DNA from: a virus
IMG/VR virus record: IMGVR_UViG_3300033182_000595
Span: 16,763 to 80,762 of that record
Length of the DNA stretch: 64,000 bases
Strand: one strand, 5' to 3'
This document shows, piece after piece, positions 35,417 to 43,186 of the stretch. Position numbers and translations under genes: made by a program. Every line of letters begins with the position of its first letter. The stretch's first letter is position 1. Under the pieces are notes generated by a model. The model searched no databases. It was not told the origin of the DNA and worked only from the letters and a program-made list of their open reading frames with translations.

Positions 35417-36100
35417 TTATTTTTGTAAACACGAAATTAAGTGTGACCTTGCAGTCGGGCAGACATAAAGTGCTGAACACCACTTGCATTGTTTTGATCC
35501 ACTTACTCGCTTGGGGTTTTCTTTATATGCCTCCGCAACGACATCCTCTAACCACTTAGCCTTTTCCGCCAAGAATTGGGCTGAGTATTTTACCGTGGTA
35601 TAGGTAGGGTCATTAAAAGGCTCGATTAGTGCCGCATAAACATTTTCGGTCTTGGGGTAATTTTTCCAGTAAAGCACTGCTTGTGCTAGCAACTGAACAT
35701 TATCGGGTGCAGGTGTATGAGACCCGTGGAGGGTTTTATAGTCAGCGATCAGGACATCTACCCCTAATGCCTCTGAATAGTCTAACTGACCGCTCCACGA
35801 GTCGTCATACCAAAGCCTTAATTCCCGTTCTACGACTCCTTCTGAGTCACCGAAAACTTTTTTTCTACATTCTTGCAGTGCGATTCTTGATCTGTAAGCA
35901 CAAAGCCTTCTTTCATCATCATCAATTTCATCCAAGGGTACTTGGTTTTCTTCGTTTTCGTGACGAATCGTGCCTTCGTTAGCAGAGTCCTTATCGCCCT
36001 CCCACATGTAGAGCTTGTTCGCTTGCCAATGTGCTGGGCACAGGCTTGTCGCCTCCAATTTGGAGGCAGACAATTTGCCCTGTACTTTCTCAGACCGCAT
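35417..36100 (-). CDS. Cas4/DUF2800-like PD-(D/E)XK exonuclease with Fe-S cysteines
   Basis: LSAS....CP, GT..H, G.LD...DYKT, Q...Q, CKWC.....CP. Confidence 0.8.
   Translation of the reverse strand: MRSEKVQGKLSASKLEATSLCPAHWQANKLYMWEGDKDSANEGTIRHENEENQVPLDEIDDDERRLCAYRSRIALQECRKKVFGDSEGVVERELRLWYDDSWSGQLDYSEALGVDVLIADYKTLHGSHTPAPDNVQLLAQAVLYWKNYPKTENVYAALIEPFNDPTYTTVKYSAQFLAEKAKWLEDVVAEAYKENPKRVSGSKQCKWCSALYVCPTARSHLISCLQK
35426..35447 (-). promoter_or_regulatory. Operator-like motif
   Basis: Minus strand GTCAC-acttaatttcgt-GTTTA, 11 nt before ATG 35414. Confidence 0.6.
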
Positions 36101-36695
36101 CAGCAAAATCCTGTTTTCCGTTTCCTGAAATGCTAGCAACTGCCTGCTCAAGGAATCCGAGCAACTTGGTATCTTGATCTTTAATCAGCTCATACTTGGT
36201 TTTCAGTGTATCCTTTAAGAACTCAGGCTTGTTTTCAGCCAACCATGACAAGGTCTTGCCCTTGTTCTGTTGACCAGGCCATTTGACATCTGCCCATAAA
36301 GGAAGGTCTTCGTTCTGACGAATAACACCCTCGATGGTTGAGCTTTCTTGTCGCTCGATCGCTTGCTCTACTTCTTCGTATGTGGCAATGGAATCATCAA
36401 CTCCAATACCCAAGAACCCAAGACAACGACCAACAGCAGAGGTTTCGCAGTTCTCAATGAATGATGTAGAGTTTACACCGCTCTTAGTCTGAATTTCTTC
36501 AGCGTGTCCTGTTGCTTTAACTAAGCCATCGGAATCGAGAACTTTGGCGACCATAACGACACGATTCTCAGACATGTCTACAATACTTGTTTCTAGCGAC
36601 ATATCCTTGAAGTTTGGATGAGTGCGAAATGCCTTCACCCGTTCATTTACAAGGACATAATCCTTACCTTTAATTTTTTGAGTTTCTAATTTCAT
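36090..36695 (-). CDS. Putative ssDNA-annealing protein (Rad52/Sak-like)
   Basis: Y..V.ER...F, ATG.AEE, ENCETSAVGR.L; adjacent to the exonuclease. Confidence 0.6.
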   Translation of the reverse strand: MKLETQKIKGKDYVLVNERVKAFRTHPNFKDMSLETSIVDMSENRVVMVAKVLDSDGLVKATGHAEEIQTKSGVNSTSFIENCETSAVGRCLGFLGIGVDDSIATYEEVEQAIERQESSTIEGVIRQNEDLPLWADVKWPGQQNKGKTLSWLAENKPEFLKDTLKTKYELIKDQDTKLLGFLEQAVASISGNGKQDFADAV

Positions 36696-37525
36696 ACAGA
36701 TTTAATTTGAGGAATTGGTCCCGGTCTCATTTGAAGTTTGGATACTTCTTTTCCGCTCACCCAATTATTCCAAGTGATAACAAAGGCTTTAATGAACCAG
36801 AAAGATGATATCATTATATCGCTCGCCTGTTTCTTTCTGATTGCCTCTCTTAACTTAAGAATTGGGCTTTTTGAATCTAAGTTATGACCTAAGTGAAATG
36901 CCTGAAGGAACTCCTCAGCCAAATCTTCATCAATGGCAGATAATTTGTAGTGAATGACCGCCATTGCCGCCGGACGAGTCTTGAAGTCCTTCTTTCTTAG
37001 TCCCGCATAAGCTACAGAACCTTCAATCTTAGGATATCTTTCAAGAAGCTCCTCAACCTCATGATTAAGAACTTTTGATGCTGACTGACCTCCGAGAGAA
37101 CACTCATACAGTCCATCATCATCCATTTTACGAATAAGAGCCAAGGTTGCCGCTAGGGCAGGGCAATTTTTCTTACCTAATATACTTAATATATCAGCTG
37201 GTGATCTTTTCTTACCTGAGTCAATGGTCTTAAATACCTCAGGCGAATCAACGGTTACTATAATGCAATCAATCGACTTATTCGCCTTAACAACAGCAGT
37301 CAATCTATGCTGGCCATCAATTAGCTGATGGTCTTCTAGTGCCAATCCTTTTCGTCCGCTATTATTGTAGACTCTAATGGTATCCCCATTGTTCTGCCAC
37401 TTATTTGCGCGAATATCTTCAACATACTGCTTAACAATAGCATTAGATATAGTTCTATTCGTAGGGTTATTTGTGAGCAATTTAGTCGCTTGCTTGGGCG
37501 AGATCTTAGTTATTTTAACTTCCAT
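36692..37525 (-). CDS. ParB-like N-terminal (DGQHR) domain protein
   Basis: NR......Y..D....W..NG..I...LIDGQHRL.A. Confidence 0.75.
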   Translation of the reverse strand: MEVKITKISPKQATKLLTNNPTNRTISNAIVKQYVEDIRANKWQNNGDTIRVYNNSGRKGLALEDHQLIDGQHRLTAVVKANKSIDCIIVTVDSPEVFKTIDSGKKRSPADILSILGKKNCPALAATLALIRKMDDDGLYECSLGGQSASKVLNHEVEELLERYPKIEGSVAYAGLRKKDFKTRPAAMAVIHYKLSAIDEDLAEEFLQAFHLGHNLDSKSPILKLREAIRKKQASDIMISSFWFIKAFVITWNNWVSGKEVSKLQMRPGPIPQIKSV

Positions 37526-37547
37526 CCAGTTATCCTCCTATGGTTAG

Positions 37548-37799
37548 TTATTGCGTTGCTTGATGAACTTCGAAAGTTTCAGTTGTCCATCGTTTCGCAT
37601 CTTTGTTCTTAGTGAGTTCAATCACCTCACCCTTATTCCACCTTGGTGTTTTCCACCCCGGTAATTGAACAGGTGTGAGGACTCCCTCTTTCTTTAAGAA
37701 TGCGAGATAACGGTAGCCTGCAGTGGCTCCCAATCCCAGTAAACGACAGACCTCTGAACCCTTCAGAAGCAGTTTATTTTCCATACTATCTTTCGACAT
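37548..37799 (-). CDS. Excisionase/AlpA-like winged-HTH protein
   Basis: LL...EV..LLG......Y......G...PV.......RW...V; close to attP and integrase. Confidence 0.65.
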   Translation of the reverse strand: MSKDSMENKLLLKGSEVCRLLGLGATAGYRYLAFLKKEGVLTPVQLPGWKTPRWNKGEVIELTKNKDAKRWTTETFEVHQATQ

Positions 37800-37883
37800 G
37801 GGTTGTTGTTTTAGCATCCGAAAAGCACTTGGCAAGATAAAATAATGCATACGCAACAAAAACTTTAAAATAATGCGTAAGTG

Positions 37884-37913
37884 TGAAGTGAAATGAAGTA
37901 AAATGAAGTAAAG
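37884..37913 (+). repeat. Three tandem 10-bp repeats TGAAGT(G/A)AA(A/G) in the divergent promoter region
   Basis: At 37884, 37894 and 37904, just before TTGACA (37916); inverted copy at 38714-38722 in attP. Confidence 0.6.
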
Positions 37914-37980
37914 TGTTGACAGAAAATTATTTTACATATTTTAATGCAAATTCTTTTATTTGCCCCATGGAAAGGAAAAT

Positions 37981-38199
37981 ATGACAACAGAACCCCTACA
38001 AGCTGTGAACTGTAGAATACCTAAAGAAGTATATAATGATATGCAGGACCTACTTAGATTCACGCAAAAATCAACAGCCGCATTCGTGAAGGACTCAATA
38101 GAGTTCTATATGGAATGTGTTAAAAAAAATAAAATCGCGGAAGATTTCAATCCATTGAAGATTGACCAGTTTGCATACAATTTGAACAAAAAAATCTAG
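37981..38199 (+). CDS. Ribbon-helix-helix transcriptional regulator
   Basis: AVNCRIP.EVY..........S....V...I. Confidence 0.6.
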   Translation: MTTEPLQAVNCRIPKEVYNDMQDLLRFTQKSTAAFVKDSIEFYMECVKKNKIAEDFNPLKIDQFAYNLNKKI

Positions 38200-38216
38200 A
38201 AAGGAATAAAATATAA

Positions 38217-38591
38217 ATGAATACCCCCTCAACAAACCTGACAATTCTTCACGATACCCAAGAATGGAGTACAGATATTGAGGGTGAGATTGGCGAAATA
38301 AGAGTGGAGGTGGAAGGCATCGCTCAAAGTATTAAGACACTGGTTTTATGCTTGGGCGTGATCGTTACGGTCTGCCTAGTCTGTAATATCGGAATGGCTA
38401 CATGGGTTGCGACTCATGACGATGAAATCATGGAAGCCGTGGACGGTACCATCAAAAGGAACTCAGTAGTGATGGATAGAATGGCTAGATTAAATAATAT
38501 CTATGCCAAGAAACTACAGTCAATGGGACTTATATATCGTGATGGAAATTGGCAACAAATTGGCAACAACCCCGTGAATCCCAGTAAATAA
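38217..38591 (+). CDS. Single-pass membrane protein
   Basis: Hydrophobic TLVLCLGVIVTVCLVCNIGMATWV segment; possible lysogenic conversion/exclusion gene. Confidence 0.5.
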   Translation: MNTPSTNLTILHDTQEWSTDIEGEIGEIRVEVEGIAQSIKTLVLCLGVIVTVCLVCNIGMATWVATHDDEIMEAVDGTIKRNSVVMDRMARLNNIYAKKLQSMGLIYRDGNWQQIGNNPVNPSK

Positions 38592-38602
38592 GAGGATCAT
38601 GT

Positions 38603-38652
38603 CCTGACTACGGATCAGGAGGTTGGGAGTTCGACTCTCTCCGGGTGTGCCA
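38603..38652 (+). tRNA. 3' half of tRNA-Arg(ACG) (attP core; not a complete tRNA)
   Basis: Anticodon arm CCTGA-CTACGGA-TCAGG, T arm with GTTCGA, 3' CGGGTGT-G-CCA; no 5' acceptor strand or D arm upstream. Confidence 0.8.
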
Positions 38653-38682
38653 CTTTAAATAAGCCACAATCTCACTAAATAA

Positions 38683-38712
38683 GCACCTCTCAGCAATGGG
38701 GGGTGTTTTTTT
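38683..38712 (+). terminator. Rho-independent terminator after the tRNA fragment
   Basis: GCACCTCTCA-gcaa-TGGGGGGTGT followed by a T run. Confidence 0.75.
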
Positions 38713-38780
38713 ATTTACTTCACTAAGTTTCATAAATAACCACGGATTTACATGTTTACTGCCAACAAAACTGCCAACAG

Positions 38781-39794
38781 ATGAAGGTGTCCATATCCAA
38801 AAGAAAGGTTAGGGATAACATAAAATGGGCTTTAACTGTTCATCATGACGGAAAGCGACGAAGAAAGTTCTTCAATTCAGCCATGGAAGCCAAAGCGTTT
38901 GATGTAGTCACTTGGCTTGGTGAGGTTGCCGAAAAAGAACCTGTGGGAGAACAGACATTACTACATGTAGCAAGCAATGAGTATTTAGCTGAGTACTTCG
39001 AGAATAATTATAATCCAGCTAAGCCAAAACAGAAAGGATATCGCACAACCGAAGAGCGGGTAAATAAGTTCCTAACATGGTTTGGTGGAGGTAGATCAGT
39101 ATCGGATGTAACCGTGGAGTCCTACAAGAAGTATGTGAACTCAGGGGACTGGTCAGAGAAGACCAAAAAGGAGTACGGACGGGCTGTCCGAATATTCATG
39201 GCATGGTGTGCGAAAAAAGGTTACGGGCAAAATGTATCGGATTGGTATATTCAGACTAACCCAGATCTGAAAATGACCAAAAAAAAGGTCTTTTTTAAAT
39301 TACCAGGTATTTTGCAGGTAGCAGAAGTAAAATCTCTCTTAGAGGAAATAGACGAGAAGTATAAACCTGCCTTAGCTATTATGTTATTTACGGGGATACG
39401 CCCAGAGATGGAGATGGCTACTTTAAGATACTCAGACATCCGATGGGGTAAGTCTATAGGACTAAAGGCAGAGCATACTAAGACAGGACGGGAGCGATGG
39501 ATTAAGCCACCAGAGAACCTATGGTCATGGGTGCCAAAATCTAAAGGCTTGGTTATGCCATCTTATAACGCACTCAACTTAGCAAGAAGGTGGGCATCCC
39601 GTAGGGTGGGTTTCAACTACCCAACTAATGGTGCCAGGCATTCGTTTGGTAGCTATGGATACTGGAAGTCTTTTGAGTGGGCATTAGATACCATGGGGCA
39701 TATGTCATCCGAGACGTTTCTTAAGAACTATAAGAACAACAGGGTAGATGCGGAATCTGCGTCCGAATATTTCGGAATATGTCAAGCGGGGTAG
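38781..39794 (+). CDS. int: Tyrosine integrase (no. 2, adjacent to attP)
   Basis: TGIR, KTG, NGARH (N in place of the first H), MGH, Y. Confidence 0.9.
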   Translation: MKVSISKRKVRDNIKWALTVHHDGKRRRKFFNSAMEAKAFDVVTWLGEVAEKEPVGEQTLLHVASNEYLAEYFENNYNPAKPKQKGYRTTEERVNKFLTWFGGGRSVSDVTVESYKKYVNSGDWSEKTKKEYGRAVRIFMAWCAKKGYGQNVSDWYIQTNPDLKMTKKKVFFKLPGILQVAEVKSLLEEIDEKYKPALAIMLFTGIRPEMEMATLRYSDIRWGKSIGLKAEHTKTGRERWIKPPENLWSWVPKSKGLVMPSYNALNLARRWASRRVGFNYPTNGARHSFGSYGYWKSFEWALDTMGHMSSETFLKNYKNNRVDAESASEYFGICQAG

Positions 39795-39815
39795 TAAACA
39801 ATATGTTACACCCCC

Positions 39816-39837
39816 GATACACGAAATTTCGTGTTGC
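39816..39837 (+). promoter_or_regulatory. Operator-like motif upstream of the packaging operon
   Basis: GATAC-acgaaatttcgt-GTTGC. Confidence 0.6.
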
Positions 39838-39868
39838 AATTCATTAAAGTGTTTTTTAATTCTAAAAC

Positions 39869-40096
39869 ATGGAGGATAGGAAAGTAATGAAAGTAAAGGC
39901 TGAAGCGTTTGACGCATACCAAAGGGTGCGTCCACTACTTGAGGAGTACTTTGATTCCTGGATGATTGTAGGTCACCGTGCGGGCTGTAAAACCAAAATA
40001 GTATTAGCGGATATCGAAAAGGATGCCGCTGACATGAAGGAGCAACTCGCAAATGCCAAAAAATGGAAAGAAAAGCCCGTGGGAGATTCTCGTTAA
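39869..40096 (+). CDS. Hypothetical protein
   Basis: First ORF of the late operon. Confidence 0.5.
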   Translation: MEDRKVMKVKAEAFDAYQRVRPLLEEYFDSWMIVGHRAGCKTKIVLADIEKDAADMKEQLANAKKWKEKPVGDSR

Positions 40097-40430
40097 TTAC
40101 CCACCAGTCTTCGTAAGATTATACGCAAAGGAGCGATCCGGCTCACGGATGCACCGAGCCTTGAGCGACCAAGAGGTCGCTATACGAGGTAATATACCTG
40201 TGGACATTGTTCGCAGGATATCCCGTATGACCACATGGGATAATGTAACAGTTGGTGATGCTCGTAGTTTCTGTAAGGGATGTAACTTCGATCCTTTTAG
40301 CTATTTAGATAGAAACAGGATATCTGCTTATTCTAGGCGGGGCACTTACGCATTCCTGAGAAGAAGCGACCACTGGGAGAATACATTTCTGCCGTTAATT
40401 AAAATATTTCAACATGCCCAGAACCCATAA
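40053..40430 (+). CDS. Hypothetical protein, possible HTH
   Basis: LSDQEVAIRGNIPVDIVRRIS. Confidence 0.5.
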   Translation: MPKNGKKSPWEILVNYPPVFVRLYAKERSGSRMHRALSDQEVAIRGNIPVDIVRRISRMTTWDNVTVGDARSFCKGCNFDPFSYLDRNRISAYSRRGTYAFLRRSDHWENTFLPLIKIFQHAQNP

Positions 40431-41082
40431 GATTAAGACCGATGTTCTAGCCGCCGCACTTAAAGAGTATGACGGGAACTACGAAAAGGTAGCTGAGCAT
40501 TTTGAAACAACCGCAAAGAAAATACGCGAGCGGGTTTACCACGACCCCCAGCTTTACTCGGTATGGGTGAAGAATGGCGTTAAGGAAATGAAGCCTGACA
40601 GCATAGAGCTTATGGAGCGTCAGCATGAGTATGATGACGAGAAGGGAACACGCTTGCTCGAGGCTTTGGATAAAAACAGTAGGTATGTTTTTAATAACGA
40701 CCTAGAGAGTATTCTTACAAATAAAGACAATGTAGAGAAGCTACAGATATTTAAGGACTTCGATGACTCCGTGGGACTACTGATGGCGGAGGCTCTGCGT
40801 GTTACACAGAAGGTAAATATTCGTCAGAATATGAGCCTGTTTGAAGTGACTGAGACACTCAAGGATGCACTTGATGGGGATGATATGGACCCCGAAGAAA
40901 GGATACTTCAGACCAGACTATTTCTCCAGGCAACCGAGCAACAGGGGAAATTCTATGACCGACTACTAAAAGGATTAGAGTTCCAGCTTAAATTAGCCAA
41001 CGAGAAGGATAAGCGAGAAACCAAGAAGAAGCCAGGCTTCCGACCACTAAAGGAACTCAAGGATGCCGAAGAAGAAAACTAA
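40414..41082 (+). CDS. Putative terminase small subunit
   Basis: N-terminal HTH and helical body, directly upstream of TerL. Confidence 0.5.
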   Translation: MPRTHKIKTDVLAAALKEYDGNYEKVAEHFETTAKKIRERVYHDPQLYSVWVKNGVKEMKPDSIELMERQHEYDDEKGTRLLEALDKNSRYVFNNDLESILTNKDNVEKLQIFKDFDDSVGLLMAEALRVTQKVNIRQNMSLFEVTETLKDALDGDDMDPEERILQTRLFLQATEQQGKFYDRLLKGLEFQLKLANEKDKRETKKKPGFRPLKELKDAEEEN

Positions 41083-42604
41083 GGTAGATCACAAGATACT
41101 ACTGGAGAAGTTTGCTCCAGAAGTAGAGACCCTAGACCAAAAGGATACGGAGCCATGGCTGCCATCTTTGACTATCACGCAGAGAAAAATCTTTGATGAC
41201 CCCGCCAAGTACATCCTTGCATATGGGGAGAGAGGTTCCGGAAAAACATACTCTTTGGGTGGGCACAAGCTCGTCCGTCATTGCTATGAAAACTTCAATG
41301 CCCTAGCACTTATTATCGTTGGTGTTAGATCTCAGGCAACTATGGGTGGTGTGTGGCACAAGTTACAAGTAGAGATATTACCTGAGTGGGTGGAGGGTAT
41401 AGGATTAGTTCACACAGACGAGAGGCAGGATACCCAAAAGAACTTATATATAGATATCGAAAATCGTTTTGGTGGGCACTCAAGAGTTTGCCTTATTTCC
41501 ATACCCTATGGTGCTTTTATTAAAGACAGAATTAAAGGTTTTGAGCCTAGCTTAATTTTCGTGGACGAGCTTACCAACTTGGATACGGATGACTACTTCA
41601 ATGCAGTCGTTCAGCAGTTGGGTAGACGCCAAGGTATTCACGGCCCACAACAATATCTAGCGGCATGCAATCCCGACGGGCCGAGCCACTGGGTATATAA
41701 AAGATTCTTCGAGGATCCCTACGATGCGGATGGAAACTGGAATAAGGACTATGCGGTTTATCATGTAAAGATTGAGGACAATATAGATAACCTACCTAAA
41801 GGTTACTACGATCGGATTCAGGAAGCAGTCAAGAGTGACCCGATTGAGGAAGCACGAATGGTTCGCGGGGAGTGGATAGACCGACCAGCTGGAAATGCTA
41901 TATTTGGTCCTTACTTTAATAAGGCGTTGCATATCCGTGGGGACAATAAGAGGGGCATACTCCCTAATAAGAATTATCCAATAGTAGTAGGATGGGACCC
42001 CGGCTCTGTAAACAATGCTGTAATCTTTATGCAGACCTTACCAGGTGCAGATAAGACGATATGGACAGTATTCGATGAGTTTGTAACTATAAACAAGAAG
42101 CTACCATACACTACATTGGTTCCATTAGTTATGCGTAAAATGGCATACTGGAATAGAAAATGTAATCACAAGTTTAATTACATACATGTAAGTGATAACT
42201 CAGCATTCAATCAGTTCCGTGCCAAAACTGGGTCTTACGATGTAAAAGACATAGAGGAGATATCTAGGACTAAGGCGGAGACCTTTAATATGAGTCCGAT
42301 TCGCATGCGGGCGGCTCCAAAGTTCAATGGATCAGTAGAAGCACGGGTAAGATTAACGATAGCTAAGTTACAGTCCGAGGAACTTTTAGTTTCATATCAA
42401 TGCACCAATATAAGGAAGATGTTCCAGAACTTGATATCCGAGAAACCAGGTAAAACATACGACCCCAATATAGCATTTAAACCTAAGAGATCAGTTTATG
42501 TTCACGCCTTTGATGCAATGTCTTATGTAATTATCTATTACGACTCCATGCACTTAGGAAATAGACCCGAACCAAAGACAGAAATCATGGATATTGGGTC
42601 TTGA
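41063..42604 (+). CDS. terL: Terminase large subunit
   Basis: GERGSGKT, FVDE, ACNP.GP.HW...F, nuclease GWDPG and H..DA..Y. Confidence 0.9.
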   Translation: MPKKKTKVDHKILLEKFAPEVETLDQKDTEPWLPSLTITQRKIFDDPAKYILAYGERGSGKTYSLGGHKLVRHCYENFNALALIIVGVRSQATMGGVWHKLQVEILPEWVEGIGLVHTDERQDTQKNLYIDIENRFGGHSRVCLISIPYGAFIKDRIKGFEPSLIFVDELTNLDTDDYFNAVVQQLGRRQGIHGPQQYLAACNPDGPSHWVYKRFFEDPYDADGNWNKDYAVYHVKIEDNIDNLPKGYYDRIQEAVKSDPIEEARMVRGEWIDRPAGNAIFGPYFNKALHIRGDNKRGILPNKNYPIVVGWDPGSVNNAVIFMQTLPGADKTIWTVFDEFVTINKKLPYTTLVPLVMRKMAYWNRKCNHKFNYIHVSDNSAFNQFRAKTGSYDVKDIEEISRTKAETFNMSPIRMRAAPKFNGSVEARVRLTIAKLQSEELLVSYQCTNIRKMFQNLISEKPGKTYDPNIAFKPKRSVYVHAFDAMSYVIIYYDSMHLGNRPEPKTEIMDIGS

Positions 42605-42610
42605 CTTTTT

Positions 42611-42632
42611 GTAACACTAAAACAAATGTAAC
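42611..42632 (+). promoter_or_regulatory. Operator-like motif (TTGACT 4 nt upstream)
   Basis: GTAAC-actaaaacaaat-GTAAC. Confidence 0.7.
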
Positions 42633-42636
42633 AAGC

Positions 42637-42891
42637 ATGCATATGGAATCCATTACCAACTTCGACCTTCAGATGTATCCGGACATTTTAGAGATGCTAG
42701 ACGGGGTTCAGGTAGGGGATGTAGTTCGCATTTCTGGCTCCTTTCAAGTCAAGGAGTTGTCCGACAAGCGATTTACAGCCTCCTTTGACGACAGCGACTC
42801 AGATATCAGCATCGTAAACAAGAGTGAAGACTCCGAGAGCGAAGACGATACAGACGAAGAAGAGCCCGAAACTGAAGAAGCTTCCGGGTGA
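42637..42891 (+). CDS. Acidic hypothetical protein
   Basis: ATG 4 nt after the operator motif. Confidence 0.5.
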   Translation: MHMESITNFDLQMYPDILEMLDGVQVGDVVRISGSFQVKELSDKRFTASFDDSDSDISIVNKSEDSESEDDTDEEEPETEEASG

Positions 42892-43186
42892 TTCACAGTA
42901 TGCGACATCTGCTTCAGTCATTATGGATGCGCATTATGCGCGTCTGGGCATTAAGAAAAGGTGGAACAAAGAAAGGGTAGATCGTCTATGTGGGTTCTTG
43001 AGAATGAACTACGGAGAGATTGCGAGCTTGCTTCATATGCCACATGCGGAGTTTGTCAGGAAGATTGTATCCCCTCAGCCACTTGATGGGCCACTATGCT
43101 TACTACTTACAATCATCGAGAGAAGATATCTGCATAACTACACAAAGGACACAATAGACAACCTATTTAATTTTACCGATGGTTAA
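42824..43186 (+). CDS. Hypothetical protein
   Basis: Overlaps the portal start. Confidence 0.5.
   Translation: MKTPRAKTIQTKKSPKLKKLPGDSQYATSASVIMDAHYARLGIKKRWNKERVDRLCGFLRMNYGEIASLLHMPHAEFVRKIVSPQPLDGPLCLLLTIIERRYLHNYTKDTIDNLFNFTDG

Larger units (their letters stand above)
38546..38779. mobile_element. attP region with arm-type repeats around a tRNA-derived core
   Basis: AAATTGGCAAC x2 (38546-38567) and ACTGCCAACA x2 (38758-38779) flank the tRNA fragment; integrase starts at 38781. Confidence 0.75.

Noticed and set aside
35417-36100. CRISPR-Cas (Cas4)
   Set aside because: No array or other cas genes; the context is an exonuclease-annealase recombination pair.
36692-37525. PRTRC ParB or DndB phosphorothioation gene
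   Set aside because: It lies 23 kb from the cassette, has the short phage DGQHR architecture, and has no dnd neighbours.
38570-38652. Full-length phage tRNA-Arg
   Set aside because: No 5' acceptor strand or D arm at the right spacing; it is an attP core fragment.
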